A DNA stretch of 55,759 nucleotides, the filler included, from Streblomastix strix (Eukaryota): NCBI GenBank assembly GCA_008636045.1. It is 3 parts of 3 records of this genome, joined end to end, with 100 filler letters (N's around TTAATTAATTAA, not from the genome) between each part and the next. Parts side by side here need not be neighbours in the genome. Positions count along the whole stretch, not along the records: positions 37,249 to 55,759 come from SNRW01000603.1; 2 more parts are not named here. One strand, given 5' to 3'. This document shows positions 42,301 through 55,759 of the stretch, in pieces. Under the pieces are notes generated by a model that saw nothing but the letters and a program-made list of their open reading frames with translations, made no database searches and had not been told where the DNA came from. A program made the translations under genes and the position numbers. How positions within the stretch are numbered: the stretch's first letter is position 1; every line of letters begins with the position of its first letter.

Positions 42301-45300
42301 TACATCTTTAGAAAATAAATACTTTGATTAATCAAAATAATAATTCCTTTCTCCATAATTACCTTTTAATTCATAGAAATTAATAAACAAAAATTTATAT
42401 CCAAAGAGTCTTTTTCCAGTTTTTGATAATTCAAAAGACATATTAAACTATGATATAAATGATTTAGAAAATGAAAAAAAGCCCAAAGAAATACATAAAC
42501 TTTCATAATAATAATAATAATAATAAAATAATAATAATTCATTAACGCTATCTCCACTTGAAAATAAATAAATTAATCATTTTTATCATTAATTTGAAGA
42601 AAAGACAAATTAATAATAATAATATCGCTTATCTTAATTGGTCAATTATCCATAATTAATTGATAATGAAAAAAATAATAAGAATGAAAACAGAAATTTA
42701 AAATAATAATTTAAATAAAAGAAAAAAAGAAAAAAGTAAATTGAAAAAGATATTGAGAAACCAAATGAAAATAATAAAAATGAATAAAATTAAGATAAGA
42801 ATAAGGAAATTATTTAATCAATATATCATAAAAATTAAAAAATTAAAAAAAACAAGCAGGTTAAAGTTAATCTTGATTCATCACCTTAAAACTCATAATT
42901 TTCCTCACATTCAATTTCTCATTCATTTACTCCTTCTCCTTCTCCTTCTCCTTCTCCTTCTTCATAAGCATCTTTATTTATTCCTCATAACAATCTTATC
43001 AGTATGAATAGGATATCTTCTTCTTCCTAACAAACAACTCACAATTCTTATTTCTCCGATTCTTCTCCAGCTAATACCGATATTAAATTGAGCTAAAATG
43101 GAAAAATAGATGAGTAATAAACTGGAAAAGAAAAACAAAAAGATAATATTAAGGATCAGAATTTGGAAATGAATAATATAATTGGAAATGATACCAATTT
43201 AATGAATAAAGAGATTTAACAACCAACCAATAAATTAAATTAAATTGATTAAACAACATCTTCATAGTATTTAGTGGAACAATAAAAACCTTTCAGCACA
43301 TTATCTTCTGTCGCTTAATCAATGTCTTCTGTATATTTTGGCAGCCTAAGTAATAGTAGCAGTAATAATAATATTTACGAAGATTTTTCATCAAAGCAAC
43401 CTGTTCTTATTACCTGTCCATCTATATTAAACACAGCGCCTAGATAGAATACACTCACTTATAAAGAAGTAAGACAGATGTTGTAAGAAAACAAGTAGAA
43501 TAAATAAAATTTGGAAATTGAAAATTAATAAATAAATAATATTGTAGAACCAACTTCACTTAATTAGGAAAATGAAAATGTAGTTGAAAATTAAAACGAA
43601 TAAAAGTTGAAGTATTAAATAGATATTCCTAAACCTGAGAATAAGAGTGAAAAATACCAAACCAAATCATATTTATTAAAAAATTCTCATTCAAACATGG
43701 AATTTAATTAAGATTAATAATAACACTCAGACATAATTTAATCAACATCATTCAGCAAATAACCTCCAGTTATTACAGCTTTTTCAACATCATCTACTTC
43801 TACGCTTTCCTCTCCTGCTCCTTCATCTCTATAAAAATCTAAAACAATGTCATTAGCTCTTCATTCTTCATCTTCAAATAATTTTGGAAGCTTGAGATTA
43901 AGAAAGGCTGAAAATAACAAATTAGAGGTGAACAAATAAAAGAGATTAACTTCATCAAAATTATCTTCACTTAATAAATAATCATCTCTCTCATCACCTC
44001 TGGAATCTCAATCAACGCTTCCTCTTCAATCTAATCTACAATCAAATCAAACATATTAGCTTCCTTCAACTGAATCAATGGCAGTATTTCCGAATAAAAG
44101 ATATCCTATTTACAAATAAGAGAAATCTCATTTGTTGAGATCTTTCACATATGAAGAAAATAATCTAAGTTAAGCAACTAATGCGATCAATGAAAACGAT
44201 GAATAAAGAGAATTAAATGCAAAAAATGATAATGATAATAATATGGATAAAGATGCTTTAAACACGAGTGATGATAATACTAATATTCACAGTAACCAGA
44301 CGCGATTTGTGATTCGTCAAATTCCAGGATATTCTTCAATAGGAATAGGATCAGGTTTGTCAATTGATATAAAGGTTCCATCTCCAAAATCCGAATAGTC
44401 TACATTAGTTTCAAACGATTCTCCAGTATATACTTAGAGAGAATAATATTTTAATTACTTTGATAATAATACATAATAAGGAACAATACAAAAATATCAA
44501 CCTTCTCCATCTCTTTCTAATCCTGTTAAACCTAATCTTCAAAATTTGCCTTTATAGTCAACATCTTCTCATCCAACACAACACGATAATTCACCTAAAA
44601 ATAATATTTTATATACAAAACATTAACTTTAACTTCCTCTTTCTCTTTCTACTTCTCCTTATGAACAAAAATAATAGAAATTTAAATTGAGAACTATGTC
44701 TCCATCTATGCAATAAAAATAAATAGAAAACTAGAAATTAAAAATTATTGATAATGCAAATATCAATATAAACTCAAATTTGAATGTGAAGAATAATTAA
44801 AACGAAGAAATAAATATAATTTCATCATCATTTATCAACAACGATATTTTACCTGAGATAGGTTTTTAAATATTAAAGGATGAGGAATAAAACTCCAATT
44901 AATTAAACTAATAATAAACTTCTAAATATTATTCTAAATAGAAAGAAGAGCACTAATTATTATTTCAACCCAATTCTTAATCAGAAATTTAAAATTAAAA
45001 TAATTCAAGAACTCCACTGTGCAATCTTCTTTAACTAGATAAACCACTTTAATATTCTTCTAATTCATCTTCTCCAAACAGTTTTCATATAAATAGTTAG
45101 TCTTAACTTCCTTCAATGTAAAATTCATTGTCTTAGCCACATTAATAAATTTCTCCTTCATTGTAATTGTATATAAATAATAATCAAGTTATTAATAAAC
45201 CATAAACTTAAACATCTTCTTCTTCCTCATCAGTAGGATAATCTTCATCATAATTACCATCTACTCCTTCATAATTATAACAATAAAATCATCCTTTAAC

Positions 45301-48300
45301 TTCTCCAAACTCAATTATTAAAACAAAACCAGTTTTCAGGTATAGTTCTCCAACTGCAAATAATTAACTTTCACCAACTCGTCCATTTACATTACAGTAA
45401 TAATAATTATTACATTAATTACAACAATAATAATACTCTCAAAATTTTAATAATATTAATCCTTCTACTCCTTCTTTTTTATAGAATTCTCTTTTGTAAT
45501 ATTAGCATTAACAATAAAAATAGTCTTATCTTTCATCTTCTTTCTCTCCTTCATTATCTGAATCTACAGTCAATTAACCCCAACAAATTTAAAGTCCATT
45601 ATTGAAAAATAATATAAATATGAATTTAAATAACTAAAAAATTATATCTGCTTAGTTATAATTTAAATAAAGAAAAAATTCATTTTCTACTATGCCATTT
45701 AACAGCATTTCTTCCTTAAATTCTTTCATATTAAATAATAATTTTAGTAGCAATTAATAATAAAATGTAAACAATATATAAATAAATGAAAATTCATTTT
45801 CAAGCAAAGATTAATTATTATTGACGAATGAAAGAAATGAAGCAAATTAAATACATAAATCTTAGAAAGAAGAAATTAATATGGTGAAAGATGAAATAAA
45901 GGAAAAAGAAGATATTGATGATTAAATAATTGAATAAAAAGATAACATTAATAGAGAAATACAATTAAATATAAATATTCCATATTAATAATAATAATCT
46001 AACTCCAAATAATAAATTTTAAATACTGATTCATCTTAAACATAAATTTCTTCAGATCCTAATTCTAATCATATGTTGAATATTCCAAATGAATTACAAC
46101 CTCATATTTAGCAAGATTTATTTTCTCATTAATATTCACCTTCTTCATCACCGCCTTCTATTCATTAATCACATTAGTAAAATAATGAGAATGAATAATT
46201 GTAAATGATAGATTAAGTTAATAAAAGATAGAAACGAGTGACATTTGATGAACAATCTATATTTCAAAATGAGAACAAACAACGGATGAAAAAATAAATG
46301 TCAAAGATAAAGAGAAGAAGCACAACCAATGCACACATCCTTTCTCAAAGACCTTCAGAGATTTTCAAATTTCCATCTAATCTATCAACAATATTCACAT
46401 CTTCAACATCTCCTACACCTTCTTAATAATTATAATCATAATAAAAACAACCTATAAATAATAATAATATTAATAATTTTGATCATTCCAGAATTCAATC
46501 ACCACGAGCCAAGACGTTATAATAGTTAAGAAACGATGTTTTAAGTCAAAATTTTATTGCTCATTAAAAATAATAAATTTTATAATCATCTTTGCAAAAT
46601 CAATCATAGCAGATATTTATGCAACAAAAATAATAAAACTAGTCTTTCCATCATTCATTATAATAGCCAATCAATTATAAAAAAGATTCCCTAATTCATT
46701 TTCAATCATCTCTAACCTTAACTTCAACTTCTTCTTCTTCTTCATAGTTTTCACCAAAATCATAAATAAGTGAGTTAAGCAATCTTTTTTCAATTGTTTC
46801 AAATGATTCCAATAGATAAAAGAAAGAGGCCATTTAATAAACAAAATTATAATTAAAGGGAGAAAATATGAATATTATAGATACTTAATTAAATGTAGAT
46901 TAAAATTAAGGAAATGCATCTTTAATTCCGACTAATATAAATTTGGTAAAGAAGGGTTCAACTGGAGGAGAGATAAATTTGAATTCAAAGAATGAAAAAC
47001 GAAAAATAAAAAAAGAAAAAGAAAGAAAAAAAGAAAGATTGAAAAAGAAGATGAATAAGAGAAAAAGAATATCATCAAATGGAGATAATGGGGATGACAA
47101 AGATGAAAATATTAATGTTACCGATTAATTTGGTATATAATAGACAGTTTATAACCAGATGCAGAATAATAATAAAATTGCTTTTATGTCATAACACTCA
47201 TAATAAAAAGAGCAAAGTTTCACCTTAGTTACTCCGAGTAATAATACACATTAGCTACAATAGTATGAATAGTAATTGTTTGATTAAAGCTTGGATTAAA
47301 TATCTCATTCATTATCTCCTACAAACACATTAACAACTTTAACAACTTTAACAACTTAATCTCCTTCTTCTGCAGTTGTTAAAAGAACTCATTCTTTCAA
47401 TACATCTTCCGCATATCCTTCTCCAGAACATTAGTAATAACATGTAAATGATAATAATGAAAAAACTGATTAGAATGAAAAGAAAGACACAATTTAATAA
47501 AGTATTCCCAGCAATGGTAATATAAATGGAATAAATAAACACAATTCTTCTATTTTTGAAGCTCTTCCAAGAGTGGGAAGTGGAAGAATAGGATTGAGGA
47601 AACCATCTAAGGTACTTTAAACATAGCACTCATATGTTCAGATGCCAATTGATAATTTTGCCAATTCGCCTTCTGGATCATTTACTTCATCTTCTTCCTA
47701 ATCACAGAATGATTAATCATAATCACCTTCACATATATTATCACAGAAAACTAGCTAAGATAAAAAAATCATTTCTTAACCATCTACAAAAATATAAACT
47801 GAAAAAGAAATGGAGATAGATTAAGATAAGATTGTAAAAATTGATAGTGAAGAAGTTTTAATACAAAAGAATGAAAAAAAGAATGTTTAAGTATAATAAA
47901 AATAATTGCCTGATATTCAAAATGAATTTTAAACACCAGAAATGAAAAGAAATAACTTAGAAGTGGAGAAATAAACATATTAAAATTAAACTAAAGATAA
48001 TGATGGTTCAATATTAAGTCCTCAATAATATTTTGAGAGATCTACATCAATTGGAAATAAATAAAACATATTACCCTCAAATTTAGCTCCAAATTCAATG
48101 ATTATCATTCCTTCTGTAATTTCACCATAAAATTAAATAATTTTACGATCTATACCTAAAGTTAATAAAATAACTTCTATTGAAAATTCTGAATAAGATA
48201 ATATAAGCTAATAAAATAAAAATCTGGACAATGTTGAATAAGAATAAGTGACTTATAATTAATTAATAAGAGATAAGGATAATTATGATGATAAAATGGA

Positions 48301-51300
48301 TAAAGATAATATTGATAATAAAATTGAATTTGGATGGAGCAGGTTGGAAAATGTGAAAAATATTGAATATAACAAAACAATTCAAAGAATGAAAGAAACA
48401 ACTTCAAATTATAAATAATCAGAATAAGATTTGCATTAAATTTAACAGAAAAATCCTAATATTCAATCAATTGTTAGTATTAATAATATTATTCTGACTC
48501 CTCTCAGATCAATTGGATCAGATACATTATCATCAAATTCCTCATAAGATAACCTTGCTAACCGTGAAATTCATTCTCTTCATAATTAACACAATAATAG
48601 TCACACCCATAATAAGAAAAGCGGAGTAAATAGCAATAAATTGAATACCCATGTAAAGGACAATTAGAATAAAAGAGGAAATAATAATAATTCAATATAG
48701 AATGTTAATTCAATTCCAGATACATCATCATCGTCTCTTTCTTCATCTTAATTTCGTAATGATATTCATGAACATGCTTCTTCAGGCCAATTCATCACTG
48801 AAAATACTTCATCATCACTTTCTCTTCTAAATGATCATCATTTTAGTGAAAAACAAATTTTACTTACAACTCCTACATTATTTGAAGCGACAAGTAGTAG
48901 CAACAGTTTGTAAAGAATTGAAGTTAAAACAACACCATGAACGGGAATGAGAACATTTCGAACTCCATCTCCTTCACCATTACTAGAGACAAAAACTATG
49001 ATATATGCAAGAAGAGCTGGAATTGAGTTTGAAGAAGATATGCCCATTCCAGCTACAACATTAATTGTACGCACAACTTTGAAGGCAAAGAAGAGGAAAA
49101 AGAAAAACAATTTAAATGGGAAAATTGATAAAAGTAAATTTTAAAAGAAACAGATGGATGTTGATAATGACAATTAGTTATTGAATTCTTTAGAAGATGG
49201 AGAAATTTCAAATTAATAAATTGATCATTAAAACGTGTGGGATGACTATTTGACTAATCAATAAAAGAATATTAGAGTTTAGCTTGATGAATAATAATAA
49301 AAGACATAGAAAAAAGATGAAAAAAGATAAAAGTAATTCACTTCTTCGTAGCTTTATTCGCCTGATTCAAGGAGATTAAATCTGATTTCTCCGCATGAAG
49401 AACTGAAAAGTGACAACTCAACAATTCAGTAGGATGTTCTACTTACGCAATTATCATAATCAACATAATAATCTTTTAATTCTCATAATCATCTATCTCT
49501 CGTAAATGTTTTAAAATATCAAACCCCCCCGATTGCATAAATTTCTATTAATTAACCTGAATCTCTATCGTCAATGAATAATTTTTCACTCAACCATGGT
49601 CTGACTGAACCAGTTAGAAATTAACCAATGAATGTTCCTCCTTCAATACTATTACCAAGGAAAAAATGGTGGAACAGAAATAAAAAAGAAAGAGAAGAAA
49701 TGAAATAGATGGAAAAATAAGAAGATAATAAAGCAAACATGGATTTTGATGAGAATGAAAAATTGAAATTAAATGAAGACGACAATGATAATTTTAAAAT
49801 GTATAAAGATGATAATGGTTCTATATATTAAGAAAATGAAGTATTACAACTTACTGGAATAGATTCAGCTCGTACATATATATTGAATTCTTATGCATTC
49901 ATGTCAATTCCTAATCTTGTTCTACCATTCTTTTCAACAACTCTTCCAAATTACTTCAATATCACATCATGTGCAGTGACAACAACAGGATTAATTAGAA
50001 TATTCTTACGCTCATACAACTTTGCTTAATCATTGAAAAGAGCTAAAATCAGAAACGATCAAGATGAATATAATTTCTTAACAACTCTTGTTGAACGACC
50101 AGGAATGACTAATCTTGCATTTTTGGTTGAAAAAGAAGAATTGAAATAGGAATCGGAAGATAAAAAGAAAGAAAATGCCGAAGCACAGAAAGAACAATTC
50201 GAAAGAAATGTTAAACCAAATGAAAATATGAATGAATATTAAAATGAATAATTCAGTTCAGCGAATTATAGAGCAAGTTTGATTTCATCAGCAAAGCTAG
50301 GAGCACTTTTTATTGTTTCATACTGTCGTGCAAGTTTTAGAGCAATGATGTTCACATAATATGATGAAAAGATGAAGATACAACAGGAATAATAAAAGAA
50401 AATGAAAAAAGGGAGAAAGAGGAAGAAGAGAAAGAAGATGAAGAAAAATAATATGATGGATTTATAATAAAAGAATATTAACAATAATATAAATGAAATG
50501 TATTAATAATAATAAAATGGAGAAAAAGATGAAAAATAAATGACTAAAGACTTTACAGTGAGTTCGAACTTCAATCAATATAATTATAATAAGGAAAATG
50601 AATATATTAAAGATTAGATCAATGGTCCTGAATAAAATACTGGTTATGAAAATAATGTTAATTTATCACATCATTTTTCTATAGGTACACCTCGCTAAGA
50701 AACACATAATTTTTTCCAATCATAATAATCTGGATAATTACCATATGCTTCACTATCTTAATATGATGTTTAATTAGTTTCAGCAAAATAGATGGATAAA
50801 GATAATAATGATAGCAATGAGAATTCCTCTAATTAAGATAACATTAATACTTAAGACTAATTATTACTTATCAATGATAGTAACTTCTCTCATTCTGATA
50901 ATGATGGGATCGATCCAATAACACCAGAGAAATAAAGAATTCTTTAGGATTCTCCTGGTACACCATCTTCACAAAATTCAAAATAGATTCAATCTGAAGA
51001 AACATCTAATTAAATATTTTCATTCATACAAATGAACAACTATTCTGATAAAACTCAAAATAACTTCAAAACTATTGAAAATTCCAATAATGAGAAGAAT
51101 CAGGATCCAATATTCAATTCCCACCCATCAAAATTAAATGATCTCAACACGCAAATGTTTCAACAATAAAAAGATTTGAGAATTACACCTTCTTTTAAAA
51201 GTCGATCTCATCGCACAGTCTTCGATTTAAGTGAAGGAAATAACTTAGATCATTAAAATGTAAACTCAATTTCAAATGATTCAAATGGAGAATTACATTA

Positions 51301-52948
51301 AACAAATATTTTAAAGACTGATCGATCAGCCATCAAATAACCATATTCATATTCACAATCTCCTTCTCTATTTGCTTCTTATAATTAGTAATCCCCTTCT
51401 CTAACTGGTCCATCTATGGGATATAACAATCAATCTTCAGCTGCTCTATTCTCACGTGTATTGAGAAGCACTCGACCTCCTCTTCCAAATAGCATTTATA
51501 TACCTCGTCTATAACCACAGATTTCTCCTTCTATTGCTTCAGATCAATAATCATCAATTATTCGTAAATCAACTCCATTTCCGTCACATTCACCTCAGAA
51601 TTTAAACACTTCTGGTTTATAAGACTTAAATTATACCACAAATCTTGAAGAAACTTTATAGCATAATTAAATATTAGCTATAACCAAAAATAATAAAGAA
51701 GTTCACTTTACTCCTATGAGCAAGAGTAACAACATGGTTTTCAGCGGAGCTCCTAACAACTACTTTGATCGACTCATAGAATCGATGTAAAATACAAACC
51801 ATCGTCACTAATTATCTCCATTTATAAAAGACTTTCGTTCAAATTCACAGATTTCTTCAGCATAACAGACACCAACATCAGCAATGAAACGCAACGCACT
51901 AAACATTTCTATGTCTCCATCTTCATAAGATGTAATATAAGAAGTGGTCAATGGCTCAGATCATAATATGATAAATTCAGCTTCTATTCTTTCTTCTCCT
52001 CACTAAATTATCCCTCATACCCAGCAAATGGTCTAAACTCCACAAACTTCAGAAATCCGAAATAAAGTCTCATTAGATATTTTAAAATCAGAAGATGAAG
52101 ATTTAGAAGAAAACTATGGAATTATTTTACACTCATCTTTTAATAAAGAAACGGAGAATGAACAACAATTTCTTCAATTATCTGATAAATCATCCCTTTT
52201 TTTCAAAGATGCTAATTAAGAAAATGATTAATAAAATAATCAATAAGGAATAACAGATATAATCAATGAAAAAGAAAACTAACAAGATATAAATATATCC
52301 TAAAATTGTGAAAATATTGATACGAATATATAAATGGGCAATATATAAATTGATATGAATGGGAAGGGATCATTATAAAATATGGGTGAAACAAAAAGAA
52401 TAAGGAAAGTGAAAATTATGGGTATACAAGAATCATATTTTAGTCCATCAATTTCTTTGGATACATTCATTAAAAAGAGAATAGTAACTCCTCAGCGACC
52501 TTCTTCTTAGACAATTGATCCTCAAAATTCTCTTCATTCATCAATTACACCAGCATCTACAAAAACTATTAAGACTGTTGCGGTTTCATACAGTGGGATT
52601 TCTAGTTTTACTGATTAATCTAATGAAAGCTTCGAAGATAAATTTGTGGTACAACCTAATCAAGAATTCGCAGATGCAATTAATTTCCAATAGATAACAT
52701 CAAGATAAGATTTACTTGATATAGATGAATAATGTGAAGTGGATACAAATGCTGAGGAAGAGAGTATAAAGAGAAGATATATTGAAGATGCTGTTTATTA
52801 TGGAATAGAGGAATAATATTATGAGCTCAAGGACTACTTGTCAAAAGAGAATTACTCTTTTATTTTTGGATATCCTCCAGATCCTCTTATTCCACTTGAA
52901 TTAGCAAACTCAATAAGTTTACTCTCACTGTTGATCCTCTTCTACTGA
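39314..52948 (+). CDS. Myt1/Wee1-family kinase domain followed in frame by a giant low-complexity extension (4,545 codons in total, in-frame TGA at 40517 and 48938)
   Basis: IGSGSFGDVYKV...YAIK...VGKHPHLVEFVQAWEQDGLMLTQTELC...IHLDIKPDNIF...YKLGDFG...EGDSRYLAAE...ADIFSIG. The same frame continues with no visible intron or frameshift to TGA at 52946-52948. If the first TGA terminates, the kinase is 401 aa. Confidence 0.8.
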
Positions 52949-53249
52949 ATATATATTTTTATATTCTCCTTTAATTCTTCATAATTTCATAATTTTTAAA
53001 CATATTTATGTATTTACTATTTTATTATAATAATTTTTTTTGCAATATGTAAATATAATCTAAAATTTCATTTCAAATAATAGTCCGCTTTGGAAAATAT
53101 ATTCAATAAAGAAAGATGAATAAATAATTTCATTGGATTTTATTCACAATTAGGCTTCCCCACTTTTCTGGTTTGCCCTGCCCCACTTTACCCCCTGTGG
53201 CAATTTGGCATCCCCAATAAAAGGATAATATTAATTTATAAATAATAAT

Positions 53250-53795
53250 AATGCGCATTTGAATTATGTAATATTTTAATTAATTAATTAAATAATATTT
53301 CGGTTTCTAAAGTTGATTGCTGTATTCTATGACAGTCATTTCCTACTGTTCATACTCACTATTTCTAATCATGGATATATTGCGTTTATTCTAATAGTTT
53401 ATCATTCTTGCTTCGTGGAAACGAGCATAATTCTAAATACCATTAATTTCTAATTATCCATAAATGAAACCATTAACTTTTGTATTAATAAATCATCTAC
53501 TAATAATTATAAATTCGATAAATATTCCAATATGCAATATTATTTCTTATCAATCACAGGAAATGCACAGCAAACTCTTTCGCTTTAAATTAACGCTCCC
53601 AACTTATTCTTTTTTATTAATCATAATTTTAATTATTTTTCCATTCACATAATATATTACTATAATTTTATTTAATCAATTTCTTATTTTTTAATTTTTA
53701 TGGCTTATAAATATCAAAAAAAAATTTTTTTCATCTTAACAATAAAACTTCATAAAATCGAACTCATTTTGATATTCATTCATTTTATTTTATAT
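53250..53795 (+). repeat. ~540-bp direct repeat, copy 2 (upstream of RAD6/UBC2)
   Basis: Near-identical to 38724-39265. Confidence 0.93.
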
Positions 53796-53907
53796 TATTT
53801 ATTTTACTAATTAATATTTATGTAGTTCACAATATAATGCAATTGATCATCACTCACTATATTTTTTACGAAAAATTATTTTTTCTTTTCATAAATTATT
53901 AGATTGA

Positions 53908-54521
53908 ATGTCAACAAACGCTCGTCAACGTCTTTTGCGCGATCTTAAGCGAATATAAGATGATCCACCAGCAGGAATTGCAGCCTCGCCACTTGAAACA
54001 AACATAATGAGCTGGAATGCTATTGTTCTTGGGTTTATATTTCTTTTTTGTTTTAATTATTTTCAATTATTACTCCGCTTCAGACCTGAAGGAACAGCTT
54101 GGGAGAATGGTACTTTTAAACTCACTCTATTATTTGATAACGAGTACCCAAATCGACCTCCAATTGTCAAATTTGCCAGCAAAATTTTTCACCCGAATGG
54201 TATGTAATAATTCTTTCGTTATCTGTTAATTTCCTTTATTAAAATCCAGTTTATACCGATGGAAGCATTTGCCTTGACATTCTTAAAGATTAATGGAGTC
54301 CAATTTATGATGTTTCTGCTATACTCACTTCGATTCAATCTCTTCTGACCGACCCAAATCCACATTCTCCCGCCAATGCTGATGCAGCTCGTCTCTTTGC
54401 TGTCAACAGACGGGAATATGATAGAAAAGTTCGAGAAATTGTTGAAGAATCTTGTATGGTTTATTTATTTATTTATAATAACTATGATTTGATTTGATTT
54501 TTAGATGGTGAACTAGAGTGA
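53908..54521 (+). CDS. UBC2: Ubiquitin-conjugating enzyme E2 RAD6/UBC2, three introns
   Basis: [28 protein letters not shown]...[11 protein letters not shown] | [13 protein letters not shown]...FHPN | [43 protein letters not shown]...[14 protein letters not shown]. The last micro-exon (YGELE*) is tentative. Confidence 0.95.
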
Positions 54522-54699
54522 AGATATATTTATACTAATATATACCATTTATCTACCTTAAACAATTTTATCAGCAATAATCTAATAATAAAAATAATAG
54601 CAAAATATTCAGTTAAAATCATTGTTTTTATTTCATTTCCACGTTATACAAATATTTAAATCCATTATATTCTTGATCATTAAATTTAATATTTTATAA

Positions 54700-54908
54700 A
54701 TGTTAGAATTATACTTTGAAAATTCTTTGAAGTCAATTCCATATTATTATTACATATTACCTGGATATTGATTAACAGGTCCTTTCATTCCTTATTAGTG
54801 ATATGGTTGATAGTATCCTTCTAATTTGATCCAGGTTCTTATTAATTAACTTAGAATGGAGCTCAGAATTGATTCTGAGGCGGAGGTCCTTGTAATTAAA
54901 GGAATTAC
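54700..54908 (-). pseudogene. Q/P/G/Y-rich coding relic interrupted by the hAT insertion
   Basis: Minus strand reads QFLQLQGPPPQNQF*APFQ... then, after a frameshift, GYYQPYHQQGMKGPVNQYPGNMQQQYG. It continues as QQMYQ beyond the right TSD. Confidence 0.45.
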
Positions 54909-55737
54909 TAGGCCTGGTGAAATTTTGTCAAAAAATAAGCATTTCCGGCCCGGCCATACGCGGCTGTTTCCGGCTCTTTATTTTATATTTATATGATGTA
55001 ACAATATATGTGTGATATATTTATGGTGGCATAATCATGGAAAAGTGCGAGCTACCAGGAATTAATATTTTTTTTATTTCTCCTATTTTAGGGAGTGTGA
55101 ATGGTTTAATCTAATTTGTTTCTGTTTATTCTCACTTCATTTATTGTTATAAGTTAAATTTGCTAACTTAAAGAAAGAATTTATGATTAGGTTAATATTA
55201 TGACAAGTTTATATTTTAACACTAATTTTAGCATTATACGTATTACAATTTTATTATTATTATTTGAATTAATAAATTATAAAATTCAATTCTTTAGAAA
55301 TTGTTATCTGATTTCATTTTATTGTTCAACATTGTCATTATTTTTTTTCATAAAAATTTCCTTGCTTTTTATCCTTGTATATAATGAAAAAAATACTTAT
55401 TTTCAGAAAAAATATATATAAATCATGTTATTAAATAAATTTAAACTTAAAATATTAACATTTGGTGGTCGTATTCATCTCAATTTGACAAAAAATAAAA
55501 AACGCTAATTCCAAACCGAGAGGTAATTTTATAAATTATATATAAGAATTCATACATATATTAAATATAAATTTTTAAATATAATAATTTTATATGTTAA
55601 AACATTCAATTAAAAAAATTTTTTTTTCAAATTTTTTTTTTCCTTATAAAATTTTATTTGAAAGCCGGGGTAGGCCGGATCAATAAAAATCAAAACCCGG
55701 CTTTTCCGGGCATAGCCGGGATTTTTTGCCAGCCCTA
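54909..55737. mobile_element. Non-autonomous hAT-superfamily DNA transposon, 829 bp
   Basis: Imperfect TIRs TAGGCCTGGTGAAA / TAGGGCTGGCAAAA (reverse complement of the right end), 8-bp TSD GGAATTAC at 54901-54908 and 55738-55745, clustered CCGG motifs at both subtermini. Confidence 0.92.
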
Positions 55738-55759
55738 GGAATTACTAATACATTTATTG

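Noticed and set aside
38724..53795. Direct repeats as LTRs of a retrotransposon
   Set aside because: No TG...CA ends, PBS/PPT, or gag/pol motifs. The interior encodes a Myt1-like kinase.

Overview
Very AT-rich eukaryotic (protist) genomic DNA with short GT-AG introns and a non-standard genetic code in which TAA/TAG encode Gln (table 6). The supplied standard-code ORF track is therefore mostly misleading fragments. Code, introns and gene families suggest an oxymonad such as Streblomastix, which is an inference. Three contigs are joined by artificial 100-nt N/TTAATTAATTAA/N linkers. Read with table 6, the window holds a TmcB/C-like membrane protein ending in a hemerythrin-like domain, IQCA1/DRC11, Rab6, a RING-H2-like protein, the tail of a CK1/TTBK-type kinase, an RCC1-like ORF, three paralogous helical-repeat proteins, an OSR1/STRAD-like STE20 kinase, UTP12/WDR3 (with an inverted piece), a ~4,545-codon intronless Myt1/Wee1 kinase frame and RAD6/UBC2. 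Mobile DNA includes a foldback MITE, two non-autonomous hAT elements with 8-bp TSDs, and a Polinton/Maverick-like AGTAGT...ACTACT terminus preceded by compact virus-like ORFs. The most notable observations are six in-frame TGA codons inside otherwise open frames, the putative endogenous-virus end, and a hemerythrin-like domain that lacks exactly the two His ligands of the O2-binding iron. All translations were done by eye.
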